Shown here: piece after piece, positions 1 through 8,281 of the stretch
Numbering within the stretch: position 1 is the stretch's first letter
How the letters are laid out: the number at the start of each line of letters is the position of its first letter
DNA from: a virus
Taxonomy: Duplodnaviria; Caudoviricetes
Reading direction: 5' to 3' (one strand)
IMG/VR virus record: IMGVR_UViG_3300033067_001005
Span: 1 to 64,000 of that record
Length of the DNA: 64,000 nucleotides
Translations under genes and position numbers: made by a program
Notes under the pieces: generated by a model
What the model was told of the DNA's origin: nothing
What the model saw: the letters and a program-made list of their open reading frames with translations, nothing else
The model's database searches: none

Positions 1-16
1 CAGGAGAGAATGCAAG

Positions 17-196
17 ATGGCATCGAAAAGGAAAGGGCTAGTCGACAGAAGCGCGCCCGTAAGGGAAACCGTAGTCGCCTTTAGGCCGACAGAAGACGAA
101 CTCGCGGGATTAGAGCGGCTCGAAAAGAGCATGGGCCTATCCCGCACACAAGTACTCAGACTGGCACTCAACCGACTGCTGGAGGCAATCCCATGA
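17..196 (+). CDS. Ribbon-helix-helix (CopG/Arc-like) DNA-binding protein, 59 aa, absent from the ORF track
   Basis: Hand translation MASKRKGLVDRSAPVRETVVAFRPTEDELAGLERLEKSMGLSRTQVLRLALNRLLEAIP*; beta-strand VVAFR followed by helix-G-S-R-helix RHH pattern; AGGAG upstream; stop overlaps the next ATG (ATGA). Confidence 0.75.
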   Translation: MASKRKGLVDRSAPVRETVVAFRPTEDELAGLERLEKSMGLSRTQVLRLALNRLLEAIP

Positions 197-636
197 GAAC
201 ACTAATCATCACAATGCTGCTACTCGCTGGTTGTGCAGGGGCAGATGGGCGTGACGGGAGAGACGGTGTGACCCCCGTCGCAACTCCTGGGACCCCAGGG
301 GCAACAGGGCCAGAAGGTCCTCCTGGACCGGCCGGACCCCCAGGGCCCGCAGGAAGCTCGGTTGTAGGGGAGGCTTTCTCTAAAGCGAAGATGTACACGG
401 TTCACAGCCCTGGCAATACAGCTGCAAAGAACGTGATTTCTGCAAGCTGCAAGAGCATGAGTGATGTGCTCATTACAGGGGGCTGCACTGTGCTCTCCTA
501 TGAGGGCTCTTACGTACTCATGGACAATGCGCCCATGGATGTGGCGGACACGAAGAAGGTCTCTTCATGGCGCTGCCAAACAGATGGGGCCTTCATGACA
601 ACGTTGCAGGCACACGTCACCTGCTACCAGCCGTGA
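193..636 (+). CDS. Collagen-like (G-X-Y repeat) lipoprotein
   Basis: Signal peptide with lipobox LLAGC; GRDGRDG and GPEGPPGPAGPPGPAG triplets; Cys-containing C-terminal domain; GGAGG RBS. Confidence 0.75.
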   Translation: MRTLIITMLLLAGCAGADGRDGRDGVTPVATPGTPGATGPEGPPGPAGPPGPAGSSVVGEAFSKAKMYTVHSPGNTAAKNVISASCKSMSDVLITGGCTVLSYEGSYVLMDNAPMDVADTKKVSSWRCQTDGAFMTTLQAHVTCYQP

Positions 637-653
637 GTAAAAGGGAGGCTTTT

Positions 654-788
654 ATGGGAAGGCTTTTAGAGAGGCTTTTAGTGGCTTTTCAAGGCTTTCC
701 CGTAAGAGATTCGCGGGAAGACGAAGTCGAATTTGTCTATGTGATACACCTAGGCTCGTGTACCTGCATACACTGCTGGGAGCGCTGA
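654..788 (+). CDS. Small hypothetical protein (44 aa)
   Basis: GGGAGG RBS before ATG 654; MGRLLERLLVAF...CTCIHCWER. Confidence 0.4.
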   Translation: MGRLLERLLVAFQGFPVRDSREDEVEFVYVIHLGSCTCIHCWER

Positions 789-789
789 G

Positions 790-820
790 AGGGGGGAGGG
801 AGAGAGACCCCCACCCCCTT
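790..820 (+). terminator. G/C-rich hairpin, possible terminator of the first operon
   Basis: GGGGGGAGGG-agagaga-CCCCCACCCCC directly after the 788 stop; the U-tract is weak. Confidence 0.35.
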
Positions 821-1060
821 AGTTGCTCTTAGTCCCTATAAATGGCTCCAAGACGACTTTCATTGATGTAGAATTTTCGTCCTCAGTTCAGTTCCCGGGC
901 CAAAGACGACTTTAGGACCTCTAAAACTTGAAAAGTATGCGGGGTATCGAGCGAAGGCAACCTTATTAGATAAGAAAAATTGGCTTAGGTATCGGGCTTC
1001 AGTTCGCTTACGGGCACTCTAATAGCAAATTCCGGGCTAAAAACCGGGTTAGGCGGGTAT

Positions 1061-1270
1061 ATGTCATCAGATGAGCAAAGGGCCGAGGCGGTAGACAACG
1101 TCAACAAGACGGGCAACCTCAAGACCAAGACGCAACAGTCGCTAGAGGACAAAATCCGCTGCTACAAGGAAAAGAAGCGGATGTTGATAGAAGAGGCGGG
1201 TTACCTTGAAAAGCTCGTACAGGAGCTGAGCGACATACAGGCCACACACCTAAAGGAAATTGGTAAATGA
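1061..1270 (+). CDS. Hypothetical coiled-coil protein
   Basis: ORF track; overlaps next gene (ATGA). Confidence 0.6.
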   Translation: MSSDEQRAEAVDNVNKTGNLKTKTQQSLEDKIRCYKEKKRMLIEEAGYLEKLVQELSDIQATHLKEIGK

Positions 1271-1638
1271 GCGCAGATGAGACAGTAAAGCCGGAAACTG
1301 TGAAAACGGCCGTAGAAAAGAGGTTGGACTACTATAAGAGACAGATAGCCACAATAGACGACGTAACCGACAGCATCAAATCACAACTAAAGAGTCTAAA
1401 CGAGGAGTTGAGAGAAAAAGAGCACAGAAAGGAAGAAGCAGAGTCTCGTATGAAGGAGCTGAGCTTCATCCTGGGGGTGTACGAGGCAGAGATGAGAGGA
1501 AGAGAGGCTATAAAGGTAGAACCAACAGTAGCTCTAATAGACAATCCTGATGTCAGGTACGATCCCCCAACTTCAAAGACTCCCCCCCAAGAGATGAAGT
1601 TGTCTACGACCCGAGATTGGGGAGGTAACGATGGATGA
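1267..1638 (+). CDS. Hypothetical coiled-coil protein
   Basis: ORF track; heptad-like charged helix; coupled to neighbours. Confidence 0.65.
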   Translation: MSADETVKPETVKTAVEKRLDYYKRQIATIDDVTDSIKSQLKSLNEELREKEHRKEEAESRMKELSFILGVYEAEMRGREAIKVEPTVALIDNPDVRYDPPTSKTPPQEMKLSTTRDWGGNDG

Positions 1639-1870
1639 GAGAATGGGGCCTACTGTTACATACGAGAGGAAGGCCTCCTGTGGAGGCTGCAAGTATCACA
1701 GCACTAAAAGTGTTAGAATGAGAGGAGGGCATGACTTTGAATACGTAGAGGTACACTTCTGTGAAGACAGAGGAGCACCACAGCAGATACCTGCGGAAAC
1801 ACCAGAGAGCTGCTCCTACCTGAAACTGGCAGATACATTGTCTCTAACGCACTTTCTAGAGAGGTTGTGA
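1631..1870 (+). CDS. Small Cys-rich hypothetical protein
   Basis: GGAGG RBS; CxxC plus further Cys/His residues. Confidence 0.6.
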   Translation: MDERMGPTVTYERKASCGGCKYHSTKSVRMRGGHDFEYVEVHFCEDRGAPQQIPAETPESCSYLKLADTLSLTHFLERL

Positions 1871-2457
1871 TGAGCGAAGACTTCGATGAGCTGTGGCAAG
1901 AGAGTCTATGCTTCACGAGCAAGGGCATCCCACGGGGCCCTGACAGGGACATGGACCTGGTAAGGCTAGGCTTCGATACCGCTCTAGCGAAGCTTACAGG
2001 GCTGAAAGCGGACATGGGCGTGCCAGAGGCTACCACCGCGCAACTGTGCGAGCGGGCGGTAGACAGAAGCGACACGGTCAATACGCTTTTGGCCATTCTA
2101 GAGATGAACTTCGACAGGCCCACTTCGGAGCTTCTAGACGCGGTGAAGAAGCTGAAGGCGGACAAGGAAGGGGCCTACAAGGAACGCAACCTGTGCGTAG
2201 CCCTCATAGCCAAGTTCTCTGTCATGCTGGGCTATCAAGTCGGCCTGGGGCGTCACGAGGGCTGGGACTGGGACGATGACTGGCGGACCATCGTTTTCAT
2301 CGACCTACCCACCGGACAAGTCAGCTGGCACATCCACGACTCGGAAGTAGAGATGTTCAACTTCCTGAGGTTAGAACACACATATTGCTACTATCCCGGG
2401 AAATGGGACGGGCACTCTACAGAAGAGAAATACCACAGACTGAAGAGGTACCTATGA
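1867..2457 (+). CDS. WDGH-motif family phage protein
   Basis: C-terminal motifs AYKERN, IDLPTGQVSWHI and WDGHSTEEKYHRL. Confidence 0.65.
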   Translation: MMSEDFDELWQESLCFTSKGIPRGPDRDMDLVRLGFDTALAKLTGLKADMGVPEATTAQLCERAVDRSDTVNTLLAILEMNFDRPTSELLDAVKKLKADKEGAYKERNLCVALIAKFSVMLGYQVGLGRHEGWDWDDDWRTIVFIDLPTGQVSWHIHDSEVEMFNFLRLEHTYCYYPGKWDGHSTEEKYHRLKRYL

Positions 2458-2684
2458 GCAAGCTTCACTGGATATATCACCAATTAGAGGGCGATAGCAT
2501 CCGCACTAGGTGCATCTGCGGCTGGGAAGGGCACCATGCGGCATCAGACGACCACATCATGAAGAGGGGTAACCGGAAGGCCAGGAGGGCCCATCTACAA
2601 CCGCCTCCGCCACCACCCACAGAGGAGGACAAGCTCAGAGAAGAGGAGTCTCTGCGATGGATAGATGAGTACATGAAGACATAA
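2454..2684 (+). CDS. Hypothetical protein (start corrected from 2385)
   Basis: ATGA overlap at 2454; CxCGW motif and poly-Pro stretch. Confidence 0.55.
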   Translation: MSKLHWIYHQLEGDSIRTRCICGWEGHHAASDDHIMKRGNRKARRAHLQPPPPPPTEEDKLREEESLRWIDEYMKT

Positions 2685-2701
2685 AAGGCAAAGGACAAGA
2701 C

Positions 2702-3043
2702 GTGGATGCAGTGGCTTTCACACCTGCCTGTAGGAAAGGACAGCTAATGGGACCTATCAAGCCTGAAGAGGCATTCAGCGGCGCAAACATCCCTGAGGAG
2801 GTGTTCGAGGCTTTCAACGAGCTAATCCAGCAGAACATGGGCACTGTCTGTCAGGATGAGGTCGTAAGCCTCATCATGAAAAAGATGACCATTTCTAGAG
2901 ACCTGGTGTTCAAGAACGGCTGGCTACACGTAGAGGAGGCCTACCGGCGTGTAGGCTGGGAGGTAGAATACGACAAGCCTGGCTATAACGAGACTTACCC
3001 TGCTACTTTCCACTTTAGAGTGAAGAAGAAGGTGATGCGATGA
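2702..3043 (+). CDS. Conserved-looking phage hypothetical protein
   Basis: ORF track; motif YRxVGWEVEYDKPGYNETY; start may be ATG 2747. Confidence 0.6.
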   Translation: MDAVAFTPACRKGQLMGPIKPEEAFSGANIPEEVFEAFNELIQQNMGTVCQDEVVSLIMKKMTISRDLVFKNGWLHVEEAYRRVGWEVEYDKPGYNETYPATFHFRVKKKVMR

Positions 3044-3252
3044 GAACTGCATTCATGTCATACAAGCTGAACGAAGAGGGCCGCAGAAAGATGGGAGACA
3101 TCGAAGCTGCCTTCAACCAACTGGTGGACACCGTGCAGTTCATCAGCAACCCGTCTAGAGAGCACTCTCTAATGATGACGAAGCTGGAAGAAGCCTGCTT
3201 CTACGCGAAAAAGTCAGTAGCGCAGCAATCGGAGAACCAGGAACATGATTGA
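3040..3252 (+). CDS. Acb2/Tad1-like helical-hairpin protein (putative cyclic-nucleotide sponge)
   Basis: SREHSLMMTKLEEACFYAKKSVA resembles the SRExxxAxTxxEEAxxW hairpin of Tad1/Acb2-type proteins. Confidence 0.55.
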   Translation: MRTAFMSYKLNEEGRRKMGDIEAAFNQLVDTVQFISNPSREHSLMMTKLEEACFYAKKSVAQQSENQEHD

Positions 3253-3652
3253 AGTACCCATAAGAGCACTTCCACCAAAGCCACCAGGCTACGAGACGAA
3301 GTACGGAGGACCCTGCGATTACTTGCCTCTTCGTGGGGCCACTCAAGGCGAGCACGGCTTCTATAAAAACGTCTTAGGACCGTGCAGGTTTAGCTTCTGC
3401 CTATATGGGACGAGCGTCCTGATGTGCGACGACCAGGGGAAGCCAAAGCCGGCCTGGTACATCAATCTCATTCATAACGGCGTAGACCTAGAGGTAGCTT
3501 GCCAGCCACCTATGCATCAGGATTACGCCTGTCGGGAGGATAGAGCATGGCTATATCTGTTGATGCCATTTTCATGCTGCTGTTCCTCTTTGGTGGACTT
3601 GCAGCCGCAGTATCTATGCATCGTAGGGCAAACCGACTCGAAGACGAGCTGA
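3245..3652 (+). CDS. Hypothetical protein
   Basis: ORF track; about 100-nt overlap with the next ORF lowers confidence. Confidence 0.4.
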   Translation: MIEVPIRALPPKPPGYETKYGGPCDYLPLRGATQGEHGFYKNVLGPCRFSFCLYGTSVLMCDDQGKPKPAWYINLIHNGVDLEVACQPPMHQDYACREDRAWLYLLMPFSCCCSSLVDLQPQYLCIVGQTDSKTS

Positions 3653-3783
3653 GGCAACTCAGGCTAGAACGAGATGAACTGGTAGCTAGAGCACAGGGCA
3701 TCTCAGCACGAGCGGACAAGCTAAGTTACCTTCTAAAAGAGAAAGAGGAGCTACCACCAGTTACTAAGGGGAGCTACAGATGA
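3547..3783 (+). CDS. Membrane-anchored coiled-coil protein
   Basis: N-terminal hydrophobic helix (IFMLLFLFGGLAAAV) followed by coiled coil. Confidence 0.6.
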   Translation: MAISVDAIFMLLFLFGGLAAAVSMHRRANRLEDELRQLRLERDELVARAQGISARADKLSYLLKEKEELPPVTKGSYR

Positions 3784-4151
3784 CAGACTTCGTAGGCGAG
3801 AACCAATCAGGCTCTGGCCGTGTAGGGTGCAATCACTGCTATAAAGACGTGGCCGAAGAAGGTAAGAAGCGCTGCGCAACCTGCAACGCGAAAGCCCGAG
3901 CCAATGTCAAAGCACACAGGGAGAAGCGCATCGCCCAGAACCTGTGTACTGACTGTGGTGATAACCCGCCGGAGCTAACTTACCGGCAGTGCAAAGACTG
4001 CCGAAAAAAGCGGAATAGAAGGGACTACCCAGGAAACGTGATAGCCGCACATCTTCCACAGGCGCTGTTCGATAGAGTGAAAGCTGAAGTGGAGAAATCT
4101 GGAAAGACGAGGAGCGCATGGCTAACGGACTTTCTGAAGAAGCACCTCTAG
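3780..4151 (+). CDS. Multi-CxxC Zn-binding protein with C-terminal RHH-like domain
   Basis: Four CxxC pairs; C-terminal VIAAHLPQALFDRVKAEVEKSGKTRSAWLTDFL. Confidence 0.65.
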   Translation: MTDFVGENQSGSGRVGCNHCYKDVAEEGKKRCATCNAKARANVKAHREKRIAQNLCTDCGDNPPELTYRQCKDCRKKRNRRDYPGNVIAAHLPQALFDRVKAEVEKSGKTRSAWLTDFLKKHL

Positions 4152-4266
4152 GGCATGATTGGGTCATCATAGAAGACTGTTCTGTATGCGGAGGTATGGA
4201 CCACCCACAATACTGTGCTAACTGCGATATGTACCGAAGCATGGACGACGAGGAGTACTACGCCCC

Positions 4267-4518
4267 ATGTACAGGCCAGAAGACTTCCCCCACGGATTCA
4301 CTACCGCCGACTATCAGAAGCCAGGGCTAGTAATAGGAGAGCAAGACAAAATCTGTTCTAAAGAGTCACCGTGGACAGAGGAAAGGGAGAAAGCCACGAT
4401 TGACTACTGCGAGCGGAGAGGGCGACAATTGCCGACCGTCACGCACACAAACGTCCCTCACAGCAGAGAGAAAGGTTGGAGCCCATGCCCGTGGTGCGGG
4501 AAGAGAACAACAGGCTAG
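4267..4518 (+). CDS. Hypothetical protein
   Basis: ORF track; C-terminal CPWCG; reading frame in this area is ambiguous. Confidence 0.35.
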   Translation: MYRPEDFPHGFTTADYQKPGLVIGEQDKICSKESPWTEEREKATIDYCERRGRQLPTVTHTNVPHSREKGWSPCPWCGKRTTG

Positions 4519-5057
4519 AAGTCTCAGAAGGCATCGAAGCTCTAATGGACGAGTATCTTCCAGACGAGCAGAGCTACGGAACGGCACTAACAGACGACCC
4601 AAGGTTTTTCCATCCAGACCCTGAGTGCAGCACCGCCGAGGAGCTGGCAGCACACAAGGCAGACGTAGAAGCCTGGGACCGCGGAGAGCGGCCAAACCGA
4701 AACCACAGGTACGAAATTACCGAGCACAGCGTGGACTCCAGCAAGGCAACGCCTTGGGGGCTGGGTACCACCACCAGCGAGCATCCAATGCGGGAGCACA
4801 TAAGAGGGCTAGTGTGGGAAAGAGATGACCTGCGCTGGCTCGTCGTGCTTCTTCTAAAGAATATGCACCCATTCGGTGCGTACAGCTTCGCACAGCCAGA
4901 CGTGTGTCCTCCTAGGGAACACGCGGCTTTTCTAGAGTGGGCTGGGAGGACTTACGGCAAACCGCTTACCCCTGTGCCACTTGTAGGACCACACTGCCGA
5001 TGGTGCGGAAGCAGCAAACACCTTGGGCTGGAATGCTCAGAAAGGCCACCTGTATGA
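4476..5057 (+). CDS. Hypothetical protein with C-terminal Zn-knuckle-like motif
   Basis: ORF track; CRWCGSSKHLGLEC. Confidence 0.55.
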   Translation: MEPMPVVREENNRLEVSEGIEALMDEYLPDEQSYGTALTDDPRFFHPDPECSTAEELAAHKADVEAWDRGERPNRNHRYEITEHSVDSSKATPWGLGTTTSEHPMREHIRGLVWERDDLRWLVVLLLKNMHPFGAYSFAQPDVCPPREHAAFLEWAGRTYGKPLTPVPLVGPHCRWCGSSKHLGLECSERPPV

Positions 5058-5764
5058 ACAAGTTCGTAAGCGCCAGAAAAGCCATAGAGGAGCGCATACG
5101 CGCCCTCTCGGAAGAGTACGTAAGGCGTCCATTCAACAATGAGCTGTCAACCGCTCTGACTAGAGAGGCGAACACTGTCTTCTTTGATGAGTTGTATAAG
5201 AGAAACCTACTAGACCTGTTCAGACTGGAGATGTTGTCTATTGCGCCCAGAGGAGTTGAACCATTTCACGTGGTTGTAATGGGATTCGGAATCATAGAGC
5301 TAAGAGAAGCCAAAGTTGTAGCTGACTGGTTCTTGAAATACATGAGGGAGAGTGACATGACCGTAGGAAGAGCAGAGCCGCGCGCTGAAACTGCCCACAG
5401 AATCGCGATCCTGAAGGACCGCATTCCTGCGGCGGAAAAGGACATCGAGCAAGCCAAGAAGCTTCTGGATCAGGACAAGTTGCTTCTAAAGAAGCTGGAC
5501 CAGGAGGCCAACATTGACAAGGCGTGGTCCAAGGCCTGCAAAGCAGGCGTAGACCGCATGCTGCACAAGGCAGGGCAGCAACAGACTCCGTGGTTCCTAA
5601 ACGAAAGCACCTTCCACTACAGAAACGAGGTAAGCATCAGACTGAGGGAACTGGATAAGCTCCCCACGTTGGCGCCAGAGGCGCGGGCGAAAACGCTTCT
5701 AGACTGCATCAACTTCCTGGTGATGGCCTACGACATTGAGACGGCCCAGATGGAGAAGAAATGA
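5054..5764 (+). CDS. Hypothetical helical protein (start corrected from 4937)
   Basis: ATGA overlap at 5054; coiled-coil segment. Confidence 0.65.
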   Translation: MNKFVSARKAIEERIRALSEEYVRRPFNNELSTALTREANTVFFDELYKRNLLDLFRLEMLSIAPRGVEPFHVVVMGFGIIELREAKVVADWFLKYMRESDMTVGRAEPRAETAHRIAILKDRIPAAEKDIEQAKKLLDQDKLLLKKLDQEANIDKAWSKACKAGVDRMLHKAGQQQTPWFLNESTFHYRNEVSIRLRELDKLPTLAPEARAKTLLDCINFLVMAYDIETAQMEKK

Positions 5765-6123
5765 GTCTATTTCCTAGAAGGCAAGGCTCCACACGCCTTC
5801 TCGTGGAGGCCGCGGCAAGGGCTCTATCTGAAGGAAAGGTAGTGAACTTCGTCACAGCACATCGGGAGCAGGACCAGAACATCAGAGACAGTATTAGAAA
5901 GGAGCTTACGGGTCTGATCCCATCTGAAGAAACAGAAAAGACTCTAAAACGCCTGTTCTTCACTCATATGGACGGCAGTGACGCTTTCATGGGCGGCAGA
6001 GAGGGACCCACCCTAATCGACGTGTACGCTTTCGAGAAGGCCTACACAGAGAAGGTGGACGCCAAACAGGCTCTAATGACTATCAAGAAAGCACTAGAAG
6101 CAGTGCTAGAAAGACTACGCTAA
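5761..6123 (+). CDS. Hypothetical protein
   Basis: ORF track; coupled to both neighbours. Confidence 0.6.
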   Translation: MSLFPRRQGSTRLLVEAAARALSEGKVVNFVTAHREQDQNIRDSIRKELTGLIPSEETEKTLKRLFFTHMDGSDAFMGGREGPTLIDVYAFEKAYTEKVDAKQALMTIKKALEAVLERLR

Positions 6124-7034
6124 TGGAAACCATGCGAATCCTAGACCACGGGTACATGAAGCTCATTACCAGCTGGGGCACAGACGAGATGATCGTCGAG
6201 TCAGCTAGAATGAGCACCCAGAAGGGCTTCCTCGGCTGGGGCACAGGGAAGCAGAAGCACGTGTGCTGGGGCTGCAAGCAAACTCTAACTGATGAAGAGG
6301 TCACTAGAGATCCAGACATCAGTAACTTCTACCTGCATGACCACTCGCTGTTTGACAAGGATGCAAACTATTCAGGTGCTGCGCCTTCGCCAGACAGGCA
6401 TCCACAGATTAGAACAGAGGCGATCCTTCCAGGACTCTACGAGTGCGAAACCTTCGTAGAAACCGGAGATGAGAAGCTTCTTTCCTTCATGTGGAAGAAC
6501 GCGCACTCGACGCCTTTCGAGTTCGTGGGAGCTACGATTGAGGTGCAAGCACCCATCTTCGTCTTCCGCGAATGGCACAGGCACAGGATGCAGAGCTACA
6601 GCGAGGCTTCTGCCCGGTACTCTCCGCTTCCTGACTTCAACTACGTCCCAGAACTTGAGCGCGTTCTCATGGTGAATGAGACCAACGCCAACAAGCAGGC
6701 CGGCGCAATCAAGGGTGCTGATAAACTCAGCTCTCTAGACGCCGAAATCTTCAGAGAGGAGCTGCGGCAGCAGTACGTGAACGCCGAGGCCTTCTATCAG
6801 CGATGGCTAGGCAAGGGCGTGTCGAAGGAACTGGCAAGGCTGGCGCTTCCAGTAGGTAGATACTCCAAGATGAGAGCCTCTACTGACTTGCGAAACTGGT
6901 TGTCGTTTCTAACGCTGCGAACTGACAAGAATGCTCAATGGGAGATTCGCCAGTACGCTAATGCGATGCAGACAATCCTGACGGAGCTGTTCCCGAGAAC
7001 GCTGTCTCTCTGGTATGAGACGGCGAAGCGCTAG
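6123..7034 (+). CDS. thyX: Flavin-dependent thymidylate synthase ThyX carrying a ~75-aa insertion
   Basis: Signature RHRMQSYSEASARY; HSTPFE, ELARLALP, LRNWLSFLTLR and AQWEIR motifs. Confidence 0.95.
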   Translation: METMRILDHGYMKLITSWGTDEMIVESARMSTQKGFLGWGTGKQKHVCWGCKQTLTDEEVTRDPDISNFYLHDHSLFDKDANYSGAAPSPDRHPQIRTEAILPGLYECETFVETGDEKLLSFMWKNAHSTPFEFVGATIEVQAPIFVFREWHRHRMQSYSEASARYSPLPDFNYVPELERVLMVNETNANKQAGAIKGADKLSSLDAEIFREELRQQYVNAEAFYQRWLGKGVSKELARLALPVGRYSKMRASTDLRNWLSFLTLRTDKNAQWEIRQYANAMQTILTELFPRTLSLWYETAKR

Positions 7035-7117
7035 GAGCTATTGTCCTAGCGGAAAACAGGCTGTAAACTGTGTTTGCTGGATCAGACACCCCAATCTGAT
7101 CTACAGTTACGTCATCG

Positions 7118-7139
7118 CGCTCGATTTCCGAGCGTTTTT
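7118..7139 (+). terminator. Intrinsic terminator-like hairpin
   Basis: CGCTCG-atttc-CGAGCG-TTTTT. Confidence 0.55.
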
Positions 7140-7155
7140 GAAGGAGAGTCTATCA

Positions 7156-7653
7156 ATGACACACATTAGCGAGCAGCAGGCAATGACCTGGGTCAAGGTC
7201 AAGGAATTCGAGGAGAAGGGGATCGTAATCAGCGTCTCGTGCTTGCACCTGCGCAAGCCCCGTTTCTCCTACGAGGTCGGCGTGCGTGTGAACGGGGGCA
7301 AGTTCGGCCGATTCTTTCCCGTCCTGGCGCAGGGACAGGGCCGCATCGAAATCGTCCCTACTGAGACAGACGTTCTAACCAAGCTAATTGGGGAGGCCCA
7401 GGCTTGGATCAAGTCTCAGTACCAAGAGGCCGAGGATGCGGCGATCGAGCAGCGCATCCAGCGGGAGCAATCCCAGGTCAACAGAGACAAGCCGCGGCAC
7501 AAGCCGGGTATCAAGACTCTAGGGAAGGCTGACGCTGCCAATAAGGCCGTCATCGCTGAGGCTCTAGAGACGTGGAAGAAGCCCGAAGGTGAGAGCCTCG
7601 CTCCCAAGGCTTCTGGAACGCCGGCCACAGCGGAAGGGCACTCTGATGAGTGA
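7156..7653 (+). CDS. Hypothetical protein (start corrected from 7015)
   Basis: AAGGAG RBS upstream of ATG 7156. Confidence 0.65.
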   Translation: MTHISEQQAMTWVKVKEFEEKGIVISVSCLHLRKPRFSYEVGVRVNGGKFGRFFPVLAQGQGRIEIVPTETDVLTKLIGEAQAWIKSQYQEAEDAAIEQRIQREQSQVNRDKPRHKPGIKTLGKADAANKAVIAEALETWKKPEGESLAPKASGTPATAEGHSDE

Positions 7654-7903
7654 TGAAGACAGGGCTCTAGAGATTCGGAGACAGCAGGAGAAGAAGACTG
7701 CTGACACCGTCAAGAGAACGGAGCGGGTCATCAAACAGATGGCGCAGACGATGGCCGTCAGCGATGACAAGGCAATCGAGCGCATCGTGCTGTTCGCCTT
7801 CCTGAACCCGCAAGAGTTCATTCCGTGGGCTAAGTCGTTCAGCCAGAACGAAGAGCGGATTCTGGCTAGCATCGACGCTAAGCTCAAAGAGATGGAAGAC
7901 TAA
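7646..7903 (+). CDS. Hypothetical helical protein (start corrected from 7589)
   Basis: ATG 7646 overlaps the end of the previous gene. Confidence 0.6.
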   Translation: MSDEDRALEIRRQQEKKTADTVKRTERVIKQMAQTMAVSDDKAIERIVLFAFLNPQEFIPWAKSFSQNEERILASIDAKLKEMED

Positions 7904-7910
7904 TGGACTA

Positions 7911-7941
7911 GACGGGTTGGCTGCGGCTAGCCCGTCTTTTT
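7911..7941 (+). terminator. Intrinsic terminator-like hairpin
   Basis: GACGGGTTGG-ctgcgg-CTAGCCCGTC-TTTTT. Confidence 0.65.
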
Positions 7942-7944
7942 CAT

Positions 7945-8015
7945 TCGGGCGTCGTTCAACGGCAGGACCGGGGATTTTGATTCCCCAGATTTAGGTTCGA
8001 CTCCTAGCGCCCGAA
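7945..8015 (+). tRNA. tRNA-Gln(TTG); CCA not encoded
   Basis: Acceptor stem TCGGGCG/CGCCCGA (U1-A72 as in Gln tRNAs); D-stem GTTC/GGAC; anticodon arm GGGGA-TTTTGAT-TCCCC; T-arm TTAGG-TTCGACT-CCTAG. Confidence 0.92.
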
Positions 8016-8026
8016 CGGAGGTTACT

Positions 8027-8281
8027 ATGTCTGGACCCATTCTACTCGACCCTACTAAGTTCATTCGCCAGCGGAACCTGAAGGCGACGATCGTCAGGCT
8101 GTTCTCGCAACGCATGACTTTCGACGAGCTAATGGACTGCCTGGTCGACGTCTGCGTTGACCTGTCGGCCATGCACAAGCCGGAAACGCGGCAGCATCTA
8201 GCGATGAAAGAAGTCATCAAAGTCCTTCGCCAGACGAAGATTGACATTGACGACATCATCACTGGGAAGAAGCCTCTCTAA
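8027..8281 (+). CDS. Hypothetical protein
   Basis: GGAGG RBS immediately after the tRNA. Confidence 0.65.
   Translation: MSGPILLDPTKFIRQRNLKATIVRLFSQRMTFDELMDCLVDVCVDLSAMHKPETRQHLAMKEVIKVLRQTKIDIDDIITGKKPL

Noticed and set aside
4118-4518. Frameshift joining 4118..4330 and 4267..4518 into one Zn-binding protein
   Set aside because: No slippery site or homology evidence; the region is left as low-confidence ORFs.
6240-6464. ThyX insertion as an intein
   Set aside because: It has no N-terminal Cys/Ser nucleophile or C-terminal His-Asn followed by Cys/Ser/Thr, and is too short.
7035-7140. preQ1 or other known riboswitch (prompted by queC)
   Set aside because: No recognisable consensus; kept only as unexplained hairpins.
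7945-8015. tRNA as an attachment site of an integrated element
   Set aside because: No integrase or duplicated tRNA 3' end was seen in the window.
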